From an uncultured Bacilli bacterium (GTDB taxonomy: Bacteria > Bacillota_I > Bacilli_A > RF39 > UBA660), in contig CANQXQ010000001.1 of assembly GCA_947627845.1 (NCBI GenBank), forward strand, positions 17,032-81,031: DNA of 64,000 nucleotides, given 5' to 3'. Below are positions 28,864 to 38,900 of this stretch, one piece after another. Both the position numbers and the translations under genes were made by a program. The stretch's first letter is position 1. Every line of letters starts with the position of its first letter. Under the pieces are notes generated by a model. That model worked only from the letters and a program-made list of their open reading frames with translations. It was not told the DNA's origin and searched no databases.

Positions 28864-30917
28864 AGCCAAAACATAAAGGTATAATATATATAATAATAAA
28901 CTTGATTATAAAATAAGTTATTATTAAAATTTCTAGTTAAGAAAAAAGTAAAAGAATTATAAATAATACTTATTAAGATAAAACATATTAATATTTTTGA
29001 TATGTTTTTATTTAATGCTTTTTTATTTAAGATTGATAAAATAATAATAACCGTTGAAAGAGCAAATAAAAATCCAAAATCAAAGATATATCGAGGTAAA
29101 ATTCCAGCAATTTCAGTATCAAAAATAATTATAATTAAAGCTATAAAAAATGAATATTTACATATTTTATATAACTCATTTGGAATGATATTTTTAAATT
29201 TAAAATAGAATAAACTTAATAAACATATTAAATTAATGGAGAAAAAACCACCGTACATATTTTCATAAATAGTTGTACCTATATAAGAAGTTGTGATACT
29301 AGTTGGTTCTATAAAAGGAAAAATAGGAATTATTTTAGTGTTGGAAAATAAAAAGTAATATATTCCTAAAAAGATACGATCAAATTTAAATCCCCTTCTT
29401 GTCATATCATTAGTTGTTAAATTATAATTAGCACCAAAATCAAAAATATTTCCAAATCGAGCATAATTATAATACATTAAAAGAAGAGCAATAATGATAA
29501 ATGGTAAAAGAAAGCAAAGAGTTTCTTTTAAAGATTTTTTACTAAATAGCTCTCTTTTGGAGATATATGGCCATAAGATAAGAACAGGAAAGATAATAAT
29601 TACTAAACATTGAGGACGGCAACCAGCAATAAGAGCCATACAAAAGCTTCCGAGCGTTAAATATTTTTTATTTAATTGAGAATTTTCGGTAGCTTTTAAA
29701 TAAAAATTAAGGCTAAAGCAAGCTAAAGTAACAGTATAGATTATAGGGAGATTATAAAAATCAGACTTTCCCATAAAGGAAGCCATTCCACTAGCCATGA
29801 TAAAGAAAATGGTGATAAAACAATAATAAATATAAGAGATATTTTTAAAATAACGTTTGATTAGATTATTAATTAAGGAAAAAGCTGATATAATAAAAAG
29901 TAAAATAGCAATAGACATAGCCGCATAATTAGTGAGATTTTTACCGGTAATTAAATAATAAGGAAGATATGTTAACAAGCAAGGAACAGGACCAAAATAA
30001 GAATAATACTGACCATTAAAAAAGGCATAATCCCAATAGTATTCCGTATTTCTTAGTAATTTTGAATCACGATAAAAGGTATCGTATGGGTTAGATAAGT
30101 TTAAAAGTTTTGCATTTACTTTCAAATCTAAATTAAAATGACCTTGAGCTAAGGCTCGGGCTAAATTTTTATATTGGTTATCGGTTTCAGTTCTTTGATA
30201 ATCACTATTACGGAATAGTGCTAAAAAACTAAATAAGAAAAACAAAATGGCAATTAGAGAAATTGTTACATATTTAGCTTTTTTAAAATTATATTTAAGT
30301 TCTTGTAATTTACTAGTGGGATTAATCAAAAAGATTGTCATACATATAATTATTATAATTATTAAACGGAGATTATTAATAAATAGAGGAACTTGTTTAT
30401 TTATAACTAATTTATTAATAATAAAAGGATTGGCACTAGAAAAGTATATTTTAAGAGTATTTATTTTGCCACTAGCATTTAAGCGGAGGTAATGGCTAGG
30501 ATTAACATGAGACGCATAAACTCTAGAACCAGCTTTAAAAGGAATTTGATTAGCTTCATCACTATATACTATTTCATAATTAATGGTGGTGTAATCTTTA
30601 TTAGATAAATTAAGATATAAATTATTTACTTGAGTATTTAAATTAGAAATTTCTAGGTAAGCATTTTCTTTTTCCGTAATACTGCATATATTATCTTGGC
30701 AATTTAAACCCGATCCTATTTGGTAAGTTAATTCTTGTTCATTTTTAAAAAATAATGATTCATAATGCCGAAATTGAAAAACCGTTAATTCTAAAATTAA
30801 GCTTAAAATACAACTAATTAATAAATATTTTAAAAAAAGATTAGGATATATATTTTTAAAAACATGAGTTTTTAATATTAATAAAATTAACAAAATTAAG
30901 AAAAAAACTATAATCAT
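28860..30917 (-). CDS. Large polytopic membrane protein (extracytoplasmic N-domain + ~13 TMs), possible GT-C-type glycosyltransferase/YfhO-like
   Basis: 685 aa. Hydrophobic N-terminus, ~150-aa non-TM domain, then a dense array of TM helices. No definitive motif recognised. Confidence 0.4.
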   Translation of the reverse strand: MIIVFFLILLILLILKTHVFKNIYPNLFLKYLLISCILSLILELTVFQFRHYESLFFKNEQELTYQIGSGLNCQDNICSITEKENAYLEISNLNTQVNNLYLNLSNKDYTTINYEIVYSDEANQIPFKAGSRVYASHVNPSHYLRLNASGKINTLKIYFSSANPFIINKLVINKQVPLFINNLRLIIIIIICMTIFLINPTSKLQELKYNFKKAKYVTISLIAILFFLFSFLALFRNSDYQRTETDNQYKNLARALAQGHFNLDLKVNAKLLNLSNPYDTFYRDSKLLRNTEYYWDYAFFNGQYYSYFGPVPCLLTYLPYYLITGKNLTNYAAMSIAILLFIISAFSLINNLIKRYFKNISYIYYCFITIFFIMASGMASFMGKSDFYNLPIIYTVTLACFSLNFYLKATENSQLNKKYLTLGSFCMALIAGCRPQCLVIIIFPVLILWPYISKRELFSKKSLKETLCFLLPFIIIALLLMYYNYARFGNIFDFGANYNLTTNDMTRRGFKFDRIFLGIYYFLFSNTKIIPIFPFIEPTSITTSYIGTTIYENMYGGFFSINLICLLSLFYFKFKNIIPNELYKICKYSFFIALIIIIFDTEIAGILPRYIFDFGFLFALSTVIIILSILNKKALNKNISKILICFILISIIYNSFTFFLTRNFNNNLFYNQVYYYIYYTFMFWL

Positions 30918-30979
30918 ATTTACTCCTGTAACTCAATTGTAAATTTATTATATTATAGTTGGAAAAAATCGGCAACTAC

Positions 30980-31966
30980 TTATAAAAATAAATTAATTTT
31001 TTGTTCATATTCAGCTAAAATATTTAAAAATTCTGTTTCTGTTTTAGCTTTACATATTTTTTCTTTATATATTTTAGATTCAGGTAGACCTTTTAAATAA
31101 TATAAAGCATGAGTTCTTATTTCTAGTAAAGCAACTTTGGGATTTTTATCTTTTTTTAATAAATTGAAATGAGTTTTAATCATGGCTATTTTTTCTTGAT
31201 ATGTTGGTTCATTTATTAAAACATTATTAGTTAAATATTCATTACATCTTTTAAATAACCAAGGATTACCTAAAGCTCCTCTTCCAATCATGACGGCATC
31301 ACATTTAGTAAATGAAAGCATTTCTTTAGCAAGTTCGGGAGTGGTTACATCCCCATTTCCAATGACCGGAATATGAACATTTTCTTTAACAGCTTTGATA
31401 ATATTCCAATCAGCTTTACCACTATAGCCTTGAGAACGAGTTCGTGCATGAACAGCGATAGCACTAGCCCCATTTTCTTCACAAATTTTAGCAACCTCAA
31501 CGGCATTAATACTATTTTCATCCCAGCCACTTCTTATTTTAACAGTAACTGGAGTATGGACAGCTTGGACGACCGCGGCAACGATTTTACCTATTTTTTC
31601 AGGATTTTTTAAAAGCGCACTACCGGCTTGAGCTTTGAGGGCGACTTTAGGGACAGGACAGCCCATATTCAAATCAATAATATCGGGGTGCATAGTTTTT
31701 TCGACGATTTTAGCCGCTTCCACAAAAGTTTGTTCATCACTGCCAAATATTTGTTGAGCAATAGGACGTTCTTCCGCACTCATTTTTAACATATCTAAAG
31801 TTTTATCATTACCATAAGTTAAAGCATTGGAGCTAACCATTTCGGCATAAATTAAGCCAACTCCCATTTTTTTTACTATTTTACGAAAAGAGGTATTAGA
31901 AATACCTGCCATAGGTGCTAAAACTAAAGGATTAGAAATAGTGATATTACCAATTTTAAAACTCAT
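30980..31966 (-). CDS. dusB: tRNA-dihydrouridine synthase
   Basis: LAPMAGISNTSFR, DLNMGCPVPKV catalytic Cys region, TIM-barrel FMN signature. Confidence 0.9.
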   Translation of the reverse strand: MSFKIGNITISNPLVLAPMAGISNTSFRKIVKKMGVGLIYAEMVSSNALTYGNDKTLDMLKMSAEERPIAQQIFGSDEQTFVEAAKIVEKTMHPDIIDLNMGCPVPKVALKAQAGSALLKNPEKIGKIVAAVVQAVHTPVTVKIRSGWDENSINAVEVAKICEENGASAIAVHARTRSQGYSGKADWNIIKAVKENVHIPVIGNGDVTTPELAKEMLSFTKCDAVMIGRGALGNPWLFKRCNEYLTNNVLINEPTYQEKIAMIKTHFNLLKKDKNPKVALLEIRTHALYYLKGLPESKIYKEKICKAKTETEFLNILAEYEQKINLFL

Positions 31967-32024
31967 TTACAACACCTCTTTCATAAAAAAAATAGGAAAT
32001 TAATTTTCCTAAATTATACTATAA

Positions 32025-32609
32025 TTATTTAATAATTTCAATTTCAACTTCATCGCCAGTATTTAACATAAAGCAATTAGCATCATCTTTATCAAGATGA
32101 ATTTCATAAAAGCCATTATCTGATACTTTAACAAAAGCTTCCATTGTTCCACCTTTATCATTTTCGACGATTAATCTCACAAGATCTTCATGTTTAAGGC
32201 CTAATTCACGAGCTTTAATTGGGTTCATATGAATATGTCTTTCAGCTTGAATACAAGCATTTTCTAAAGTAACCTCCCCTTTAGGACCAATTAAAGTAAT
32301 AGTTTCACTATCTTCTAAATCCCCACTTTGTCTTACAGGAGGATTAAGGCCTAGAACAAGAGCATCACTCCGAGATATTTCAACTTGATTATATTTTCTT
32401 AAAGGACCAATAACCCGAACATGTTCAATGGTCGCCGTGGGACTTTTTAAGGTTACCGTTTGAAATGAAGCAAATTCCCCAATTTGATTTAAGGGACGTT
32501 TAATAGATAAAGGTTCATCAAACAATTTATCATAAATTTCTTTAGTTAAATGCACATGACGATTACTTATAGCAACAGTGCCATATATTTTTTCTTGCAT
32601 TATCAACAC
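32025..32609 (-). CDS. pduL: Phosphate propanoyl/acetyl-transferase PduL
   Basis: Two PduL half-domains, each with the RH(V/I)H motif (ISNRHVHL and AERHIHM). ~194 aa. Confidence 0.7.
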   Translation of the reverse strand: MLIMQEKIYGTVAISNRHVHLTKEIYDKLFDEPLSIKRPLNQIGEFASFQTVTLKSPTATIEHVRVIGPLRKYNQVEISRSDALVLGLNPPVRQSGDLEDSETITLIGPKGEVTLENACIQAERHIHMNPIKARELGLKHEDLVRLIVENDKGGTMEAFVKVSDNGFYEIHLDKDDANCFMLNTGDEVEIEIIK

Positions 32610-32629
32610 TCTTTTCTATTTTTATTTTA

Positions 32630-32674
32630 CCAAAAAATAATAAAAAAAAGAAGATTTTTTTATAAATTCTTCTT
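32630..32674 (-). terminator. Weak Rho-independent terminator after murE
   Basis: Minus strand AAGAAG-15nt-CTTCTT followed by TTTTTTATTATTTTTT. Overlaps the murE stop codon. Confidence 0.35.
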
Positions 32675-34130
32675 ATAAATTCTTTTTAATTTCGGCGATG
32701 ACATCTAATTCGTTAAAATAAATTTTTTCCCCTTTTATTTCTTGATATTCTTCATGGCCTTTACCTACTAATAAAATTAAATCGCCATCTTGCGCATTTA
32801 AGCAAGCATATTTGATAGCTTCAGCTCGATCTTCTATTTCAATGTATTTCGCCTTAACTTTATTTAAACCAACTTTTATATCTTCATTTATAGCGCTTAC
32901 TTCTTCAAAGCGCGGGTTGTCCATCGTAATAATACTTAAATCACTTGAACCACCAATAATTTCGCCTAAATTATATCTCCGCTCCTTAGGACGATTGCCT
33001 CCCCCACCAAAAATGCTAATTAATCTTTTAGGTTTATAAGCCCGAAGAGTTTTTACTAATTCTTTCATACCATCTTCGGTATGGGCATAATCAATTAACA
33101 CTTTAAAAGTAGGAGTTACTAAAGCAATTTCCATGCGACCTCGAACTTTAGTAGTAAGTAGAGCTTCTTTTTCTTTTGTTCGATTAATTCCGATTTTTTC
33201 ACAAACAGCGATAGCACATAAAGCATTATAAACATTAAATTCGCCAGGCATACTTATTTTAAAAGTATCATTTACAATTCCAACAGTGGTAAATTCAGTA
33301 CCTAAAAAGTTAGTTTCATTTAAAAGATTAATATTTTTAATTTTTAAATCCGCAGGATTATTTAAAGCATAAGTAGTTTGGGGGGCTTTAACATTCTTTA
33401 AAACTTCTTCTAAATATAAAGAATCATTATTAATAATTATTTCTTTACTATTTAAAAATAATTTATTTTTACAAGCAATATATTCTTCATGGCTAGCATG
33501 TTCTCCAGGACCAATATGATCCGTGGTTAAATTAGTTAAAACACCTAAATCAAAAGTAATACCGGCTAGACGATTTAATTTAAAAGCTTGACTGGAAGTT
33601 TCCATCACTACATGCGTAATTCCGTGATCAACCATTTCTCGAAAAGCTTTTTGGACTTCATAAGATTCAGGAGTAGTATTATTAGTGTGAATAACTTTAT
33701 CAAGATACTTAATACCAATACTGCCAATTAGCCCACATTTTAGCTCACTCGCCTCTAAAATATCTTTAATCATATGAGTTGTAGTAGTTTTACCTGTTGT
33801 TCCAGTTACCCCGATAGTAGTTAAAGATTTAGCGGGATTATGAAAATAATTAATAGACATATAGGCTAAAGCTAGCCGAGTGTCCGCGACTTTAATAATA
33901 GTTATATCTTCATCTATCATGATATCTTTAGAAACTATTAAAGCCGTGGCGCCATTTTGAAGAGCCATATTAATATAATCATGGCCATCACTATTAAAAC
34001 CGATTAAAGAAAGATAAACATCATCTTTTTCAACTTTACGACTATCATATTTAATATCTTTAATAGAAACATCTAAAGAACCTTTTATTAAGGTATAATT
34101 TATATTTTTTAATAATTCTTGTAATTTCAT
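32673..34130 (-). CDS. murE: UDP-MurNAc-L-Ala-D-Glu--2,6-diaminopimelate ligase
   Basis: GVTGTTGKTTTTHM P-loop. DNPR motif (TMDNPRFEE), diagnostic of meso-DAP specificity. Confidence 0.9.
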   Translation of the reverse strand: MKLQELLKNINYTLIKGSLDVSIKDIKYDSRKVEKDDVYLSLIGFNSDGHDYINMALQNGATALIVSKDIMIDEDITIIKVADTRLALAYMSINYFHNPAKSLTTIGVTGTTGKTTTTHMIKDILEASELKCGLIGSIGIKYLDKVIHTNNTTPESYEVQKAFREMVDHGITHVVMETSSQAFKLNRLAGITFDLGVLTNLTTDHIGPGEHASHEEYIACKNKLFLNSKEIIINNDSLYLEEVLKNVKAPQTTYALNNPADLKIKNINLLNETNFLGTEFTTVGIVNDTFKISMPGEFNVYNALCAIAVCEKIGINRTKEKEALLTTKVRGRMEIALVTPTFKVLIDYAHTEDGMKELVKTLRAYKPKRLISIFGGGGNRPKERRYNLGEIIGGSSDLSIITMDNPRFEEVSAINEDIKVGLNKVKAKYIEIEDRAEAIKYACLNAQDGDLILLVGKGHEEYQEIKGEKIYFNELDVIAEIKKNL

Positions 34131-34131
34131 A

Positions 34132-34980
34132 TTATTTACCTATTATATGAGACACATCTATTTCACTTTCAAAAACTACATGAGATGGTCCTTTCATATA
34201 TAATTCATTATTAACATATTCGATTTCTAGAGGTCCTCCGACTTGTTCTACAGTACACTTATTAGAAGTTAAGCCTAAAATAGAAGCAATAACGACCGCG
34301 GTTGCACAGCCGGTGCCACATCCAATAGTTTCACCAGTTCCTCTTTCCCATTCTCTAATTTTAATATAATCTTTACTTACGATTTCCGCAAAAGTGACAT
34401 TAGTCCTTTTAGGAAATAATTCTAAATGATTTTCAATCGCCGGACCATATTTTAAAACATCAAAATTTTTAACATCATTTACAAAAATTACCGTGTGAGG
34501 ATTACCCCATGATAAGGAACTCATTTTAAAGGTTTGATCTAAAATCGTTATTTCTTCCATCAAAAATTTTTCATGAGGGGTATTTACCGGGATTAAACTA
34601 GGTGTAAAAATTGGCAAACCAATATTAGCCTTAATGTTAGTAACCTCACCATCAGTAATGGTTAATTCAATATTTTTAATTCCACCTAAAGTTTCAACAG
34701 TAAAATTAGTTTTATCAGTTAAATGATGATCATAAACATAGCGACCAACACTCCGAATTCCATTCCCACACATTTCAGCTTCCGTGCCATCAGGATTAAA
34801 GATTCGCATTTTAAAGTCAGCTTTAGTGCTAGGACAAATAAGAATCATACCATCACTACCTATACCAAAATGATGGTCCGAAACAAATTTAGCAAGTTCA
34901 TTTAAATTAGATAATTTTTGATTAATGGCATCAATATATACATAATCATTGCCATAAGCTTGCATTTTGGTAAATTTCAT
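34132..34980 (-). CDS. dapF: Diaminopimelate epimerase
   Basis: NPDGTEAEMCGNGIRS and GCGTGCATAVV catalytic Cys motifs. Confidence 0.9.
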   Translation of the reverse strand: MKFTKMQAYGNDYVYIDAINQKLSNLNELAKFVSDHHFGIGSDGMILICPSTKADFKMRIFNPDGTEAEMCGNGIRSVGRYVYDHHLTDKTNFTVETLGGIKNIELTITDGEVTNIKANIGLPIFTPSLIPVNTPHEKFLMEEITILDQTFKMSSLSWGNPHTVIFVNDVKNFDVLKYGPAIENHLELFPKRTNVTFAEIVSKDYIKIREWERGTGETIGCGTGCATAVVIASILGLTSNKCTVEQVGGPLEIEYVNNELYMKGPSHVVFESEIDVSHIIGK

Positions 34981-34989
34981 ATTTTCCTC

Positions 34990-36168
34990 TTATTCTAGGG
35001 CTTGATTTAAATCCGCGATAATATCATCGGCATCTTCAATGCCAACAGATAAACGAAGTAAAGTTTCGGTGATACCTAAAGCTTCTCGAATTTCTTCTTT
35101 AATTTCCATATGAGTTCTCGTAACAGGATGAGTAATTAATGATTCTACTCCGCCTAAACTTTCAGCAAAAGTTACAAGTTTTACTTTAGTTAATAATTTA
35201 TTGACAGTATCAAGACTATCAACTCTAAAGGAAATCATTCCTCCAAAGCCGGTAGTTTGTTTAATGGTGGTCGCATAATTGGGATGATCTTCAAAACCAA
35301 CATAATATACTTTTTCTACTTTAGGATGATTTCTTAAAAAATTAGCAACTTTCAGAGCATTTTCACTATGTTTAGTCATCCGAAGAGCTAAAGTTTTGAT
35401 GCCTCTTAAAAGAAGCCAAGAATCCATAGGACCTAAGCCCGCGCCATTAATATACATTTGAATTTCTAATTTTTCGCCAATTTGTTCATCTTTTACGATG
35501 ACTATTCCAGCGACTACATCATTATGGCCACCTAAATATTTAGTACCACTATGGATGACAATATCAGCGCCTAAAGTTAAGGGTTTTTGATAATAGGGAG
35601 TTAAAAAAGTATTATCAACTACGACTAAAGCCCCTATTTCATGACCAATTTTAGCAATAGCCGCAATATCAGCAACTTTCATCATAGGATTAGTTGGAGT
35701 TTCAATAAATATCATTTTAGTATTGGGTTTAATAGTTCTTTTTAATAAATCTAAATCAGTTAGATCAATACTATCACTTAAAATTCCTAATGGTTCTAAT
35801 ACTTCATTTACACATCTAAAAGTACCACCATAAACATCATCAGAATAAATAAGATGATCGTTAGGTTTTAAAAGAGATGTAATTAAAGAAACGGCAGCCA
35901 TGCCAGAATTTACAGCAAAAGCTCTATTTCCTTCTTCTAAAATACACATTGTTCTTTCTAATTCTTCCCGAGTGGGATTAATACAACGTGAATAATTATA
36001 AGGATCAGTTTTTTCTAGACCATGATGTTTATAGGTAGCAGTTTGATATATAGGGTAACTGATAGCCCCAGTATGGGGATCAACTCCATTTGCTCCATGA
36101 ACAACTTTCGATTCAAATTTTAAATTTTCTTTACGATTGGGATTTTCATAATTGTTAAAATATTTCAT
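34990..36168 (-). CDS. PLP-dependent Cys/Met-metabolism enzyme (cystathionine beta-lyase/gamma-synthase family)
   Basis: GTKYLGGHNDVVAG lysine-PLP region and overall CGS/CBL architecture. Confidence 0.8.
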   Translation of the reverse strand: MKYFNNYENPNRKENLKFESKVVHGANGVDPHTGAISYPIYQTATYKHHGLEKTDPYNYSRCINPTREELERTMCILEEGNRAFAVNSGMAAVSLITSLLKPNDHLIYSDDVYGGTFRCVNEVLEPLGILSDSIDLTDLDLLKRTIKPNTKMIFIETPTNPMMKVADIAAIAKIGHEIGALVVVDNTFLTPYYQKPLTLGADIVIHSGTKYLGGHNDVVAGIVIVKDEQIGEKLEIQMYINGAGLGPMDSWLLLRGIKTLALRMTKHSENALKVANFLRNHPKVEKVYYVGFEDHPNYATTIKQTTGFGGMISFRVDSLDTVNKLLTKVKLVTFAESLGGVESLITHPVTRTHMEIKEEIREALGITETLLRLSVGIEDADDIIADLNQALE

Positions 36169-36202
36169 AATACCTCCTATTTAAGGACATTCCCTTAAGT
36201 TA

Positions 36203-36231
36203 AATATATCAATTAGTTAGGTAGTTGTCAA
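36203..36231 (-). promoter_or_regulatory. SigA-type promoter TTGACA-17-TATATT for the PLP enzyme/dapF/murE transcription unit
   Basis: Minus strand reads TTGACAactacctaactaattgaTATATT, ~30 nt upstream of GGAGGtattATG. No riboswitch-sized leader is present. Confidence 0.45.
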
Positions 36232-36295
36232 GTAAATGCCTATTAATCTTTACAATTAAATATATGAAAATAGAAAGCCTAAATTGCTTTCTACC

Positions 36296-36859
36296 TTAAT
36301 TATTTATAGCAAATAAATCGTTTATCTTTGCATAAGCCTCGTCAAAATCATCCATGGCTAGTTCAATTACTTGAGTGTTTTTTAATTCTTTAATTTTTGG
36401 AAGTAAAGATTTATAAGTATTTTGTTGATTAATACTATTATCTAAACTAAAAGCTTGATAATTATGATGAACTCTTTTTAATCTTTCCGTAAATATATTG
36501 GTATCTTTTAAATATAAAGATATATAGTATATGTCATAGTTTAAATCCCCCAGTTTTTTTAAAAGATCTTCATAGACATCAGTATAATCATATTCTTTAT
36601 AGCCTAAAAGAGCATAAACATATTCGGTAAAGAAAGTACGATCAAAAATTAAATTTACTTCACTATTTTCAAGTGCTTGCATATAGTTTAATAACGCATA
36701 ATACATTTTTTTACTTTTTTCTTTGCCAGTCAGAGTTTTATCTTTATTACCCGTTAAACGATAAAGATTAGAGGCTGGAATATTTTCTCTTAAATAATTA
36801 GTTAAATTGGTTTTGCCACAGCCTTGAGGTCCCTCAACAATAATACATTTAGATTTCAT
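36296..36859 (-). CDS. P-loop kinase, thymidylate kinase/deoxynucleoside kinase-like
   Basis: IIVEGPQGCGKTN P-loop and FDRTFFTEYVYALL (DRY-like). Start overlaps the end of folA, so translationally coupled. A terminator hairpin agaaagcctaaattgctttct follows. Confidence 0.5.
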   Translation of the reverse strand: MKSKCIIVEGPQGCGKTNLTNYLRENIPASNLYRLTGNKDKTLTGKEKSKKMYYALLNYMQALENSEVNLIFDRTFFTEYVYALLGYKEYDYTDVYEDLLKKLGDLNYDIYYISLYLKDTNIFTERLKRVHHNYQAFSLDNSINQQNTYKSLLPKIKELKNTQVIELAMDDFDEAYAKINDLFAINN

Positions 36860-37343
36860 AGTTTTTTCTTCTCCTTAATAAAGTATGACGATATGATACT
36901 TCTTCTTTTACTTCTTTTAAAATAGTTTCTTCATAATCTTCTTCTTTAAATTCTGGAAAATAAGCATCAGCACTAGGACACGTAGCATCTATTTTAGTTA
37001 AAAGAAGTTCATCAGTAATGGGTAAAAATAATTGATATATAGACTGACCGCCAATAATGTAAACATCTTCGTCAATTGTTTGTAAATATTTTACTAAATC
37101 AGGAAAATTAGAGAAAACTTTTACCCCTTCGATATTTAAATCTTTATGAGTTAAGACAATATGTTCTCGATTAGGTAAAAGTTTAGGTAAAGATATAAAA
37201 GTATTATAACCCATGACTATTTTATGATTAGATGTAGTATTTTTAAAAAAGGTTAAATCTTCTTTTAAAGACCAAATAAGTTGGTTATTTTTACCTAGTT
37301 CGCGATTTTTACCTATAGCAGCGATTATTATTAATTTTGCCAT
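36849..37343 (-). CDS. folA: Dihydrofolate reductase
   Basis: IIAAIGKNRELGKNNQLIWSLKEDLTFFKNTT and GGQSIY motifs. Confidence 0.85.
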   Translation of the reverse strand: MAKLIIIAAIGKNRELGKNNQLIWSLKEDLTFFKNTTSNHKIVMGYNTFISLPKLLPNREHIVLTHKDLNIEGVKVFSNFPDLVKYLQTIDEDVYIIGGQSIYQLFLPITDELLLTKIDATCPSADAYFPEFKEEDYEETILKEVKEEVSYRHTLLRRRKNYEI

Positions 37344-37443
37344 ATCATACCCTCCTTATTAACTCTACAAAAAAAGTCTAATTTTGTCAAGAATACTTGT
37401 TTTATTTAGACATCTCAATTATACTTAAAGTACGGAGGTTATT

Positions 37444-38310
37444 ATGGAAGAAATTAAAGGAACAAAGGGCGATATTTATACCAAAGAAATTATTAAAAAG
37501 ATATTAGATGAGGGATGTTTAGATGAAAATCCTAGACCTAAATATAGTGATGGAACTCCCGCGCATGCTTTGAGTGTTAATCATTTACTTTATTCTTATG
37601 ATTTAACTAAAGGCGAAAATCCCCTTATTACTCTTCGGCCGATTGCTGTTAAAAGTGCAATTGGGGAACTTTTATGGATTTATCAAGATGCATCTAATAA
37701 TTTAGATTTATTAAAAGATAAATATGGTGTTGATTGGTGGGATGAATGGGACATTGGAAATAGAACAATTGGTGCTTGTTATGGCGAAACCGTAAGAAGA
37801 CATGATTTAATGCGTAATTTACTCGAGGGAATTAAAAAAGATCCCGATGGAAGAAGACATATTATTAGCTTATGGCAAGAAGAAGATTTTAAAAATCCTC
37901 ATGGCTTAAAACCTTGTTGTTTTCAAACTATTTTTAATGTAAGACATGCTCAAGATGGAACTGATTATTTAGATATGGTCATGGTTCAAAGATCAAGTGA
38001 TTTTTTAACGGCCGGTTGTATTAATCAAGTACAATATTTAGTTTTTCAATATTTAGTCGCACGACATACAGGTTATACACCAGGAAAGTTTAGTTGGTTT
38101 GTCGATAATGTCCAAATTTATGATAGACATGTAAACCAAGCTCGGGAATTACTTGCAAGAGAACCTATTGATTGTAAGCCTAGAATTTGGCTTAATCCGG
38201 AAAAAACAGATTTTTATCAATTTACGCAAGATGATATTAAAATTGAGGGTTATCCTAGAACTTTAATAAGAACAAAGAATCCCCAAATGAAATTTGATTT
38301 AGGCATATAA
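37444..38310 (+). CDS. thyA: Thymidylate synthase
   Basis: ISLWQEEDFKNPHGLKPCCFQTIFNV active-site Cys region, C-terminal DIKIEGY. Confidence 0.9.
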   Translation: MEEIKGTKGDIYTKEIIKKILDEGCLDENPRPKYSDGTPAHALSVNHLLYSYDLTKGENPLITLRPIAVKSAIGELLWIYQDASNNLDLLKDKYGVDWWDEWDIGNRTIGACYGETVRRHDLMRNLLEGIKKDPDGRRHIISLWQEEDFKNPHGLKPCCFQTIFNVRHAQDGTDYLDMVMVQRSSDFLTAGCINQVQYLVFQYLVARHTGYTPGKFSWFVDNVQIYDRHVNQARELLAREPIDCKPRIWLNPEKTDFYQFTQDDIKIEGYPRTLIRTKNPQMKFDLGI

Positions 38311-38327
38311 AAACTGGTTTAAAAAAA

Positions 38328-38765
38328 TCAGTTTTTTAATTGAAATTCTTTTTTAAGCATGTTATAAATTGCTAGTTTTTCTTCTTTAGTAAAGATATCT
38401 TTTTGTCTTTTTAAGCGGTTTAAATCATATTTCCAAAAGTTATAGCCAAAATGTTTATCGATATATTTTTTATTAAATATGAGAACTTCATTTTTATATC
38501 TTGGCATGAAATGAAAATGAACATGAGGTTTTTCATGATCGCGATAAGCATTATTCATTAAACAAGAAAAATTAAACATAGTCGCATTAAATATTTTTTT
38601 GCAAACTCGTTCTAACTCTTTTTCTAAAAGGCCTAATTCTTGCCATTCTTCGGAAGTTAAAGCACTTAAGGTTTCTTTATTACTACTAATAAGGCAATAA
38701 CCAAGGAATTCTTGGGACCATTCACCAAATACTATTTCCCAGTTTTTACTTTTATATAAAATCAT
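38328..38765 (-). CDS. HIT-family (histidine triad) hydrolase
   Basis: HVHFHFMP (HxHxHxx) triad. Confidence 0.7.
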   Translation of the reverse strand: MILYKSKNWEIVFGEWSQEFLGYCLISSNKETLSALTSEEWQELGLLEKELERVCKKIFNATMFNFSCLMNNAYRDHEKPHVHFHFMPRYKNEVLIFNKKYIDKHFGYNFWKYDLNRLKRQKDIFTKEEKLAIYNMLKKEFQLKN

Positions 38766-38849
38766 TTTTCACTCCTATTATTCTAATATTAGATATATTT
38801 AATGCATCAAATTCCAAGTTTATTCTATTTAAATATGTTTTTATTTTTT

Positions 38850-38890
38850 TAATAATATCATTTAAAAAGAGAAATCAATACACATTTCTC
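38850..38890 (-). terminator. Rho-independent terminator after the 331-aa tandem-domain gene
   Basis: Minus strand GAGAAAT-gtgtattg-ATTTCTC followed by TTTTT. Confidence 0.5.
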
Positions 38891-38900
38891 CAATAATAAT

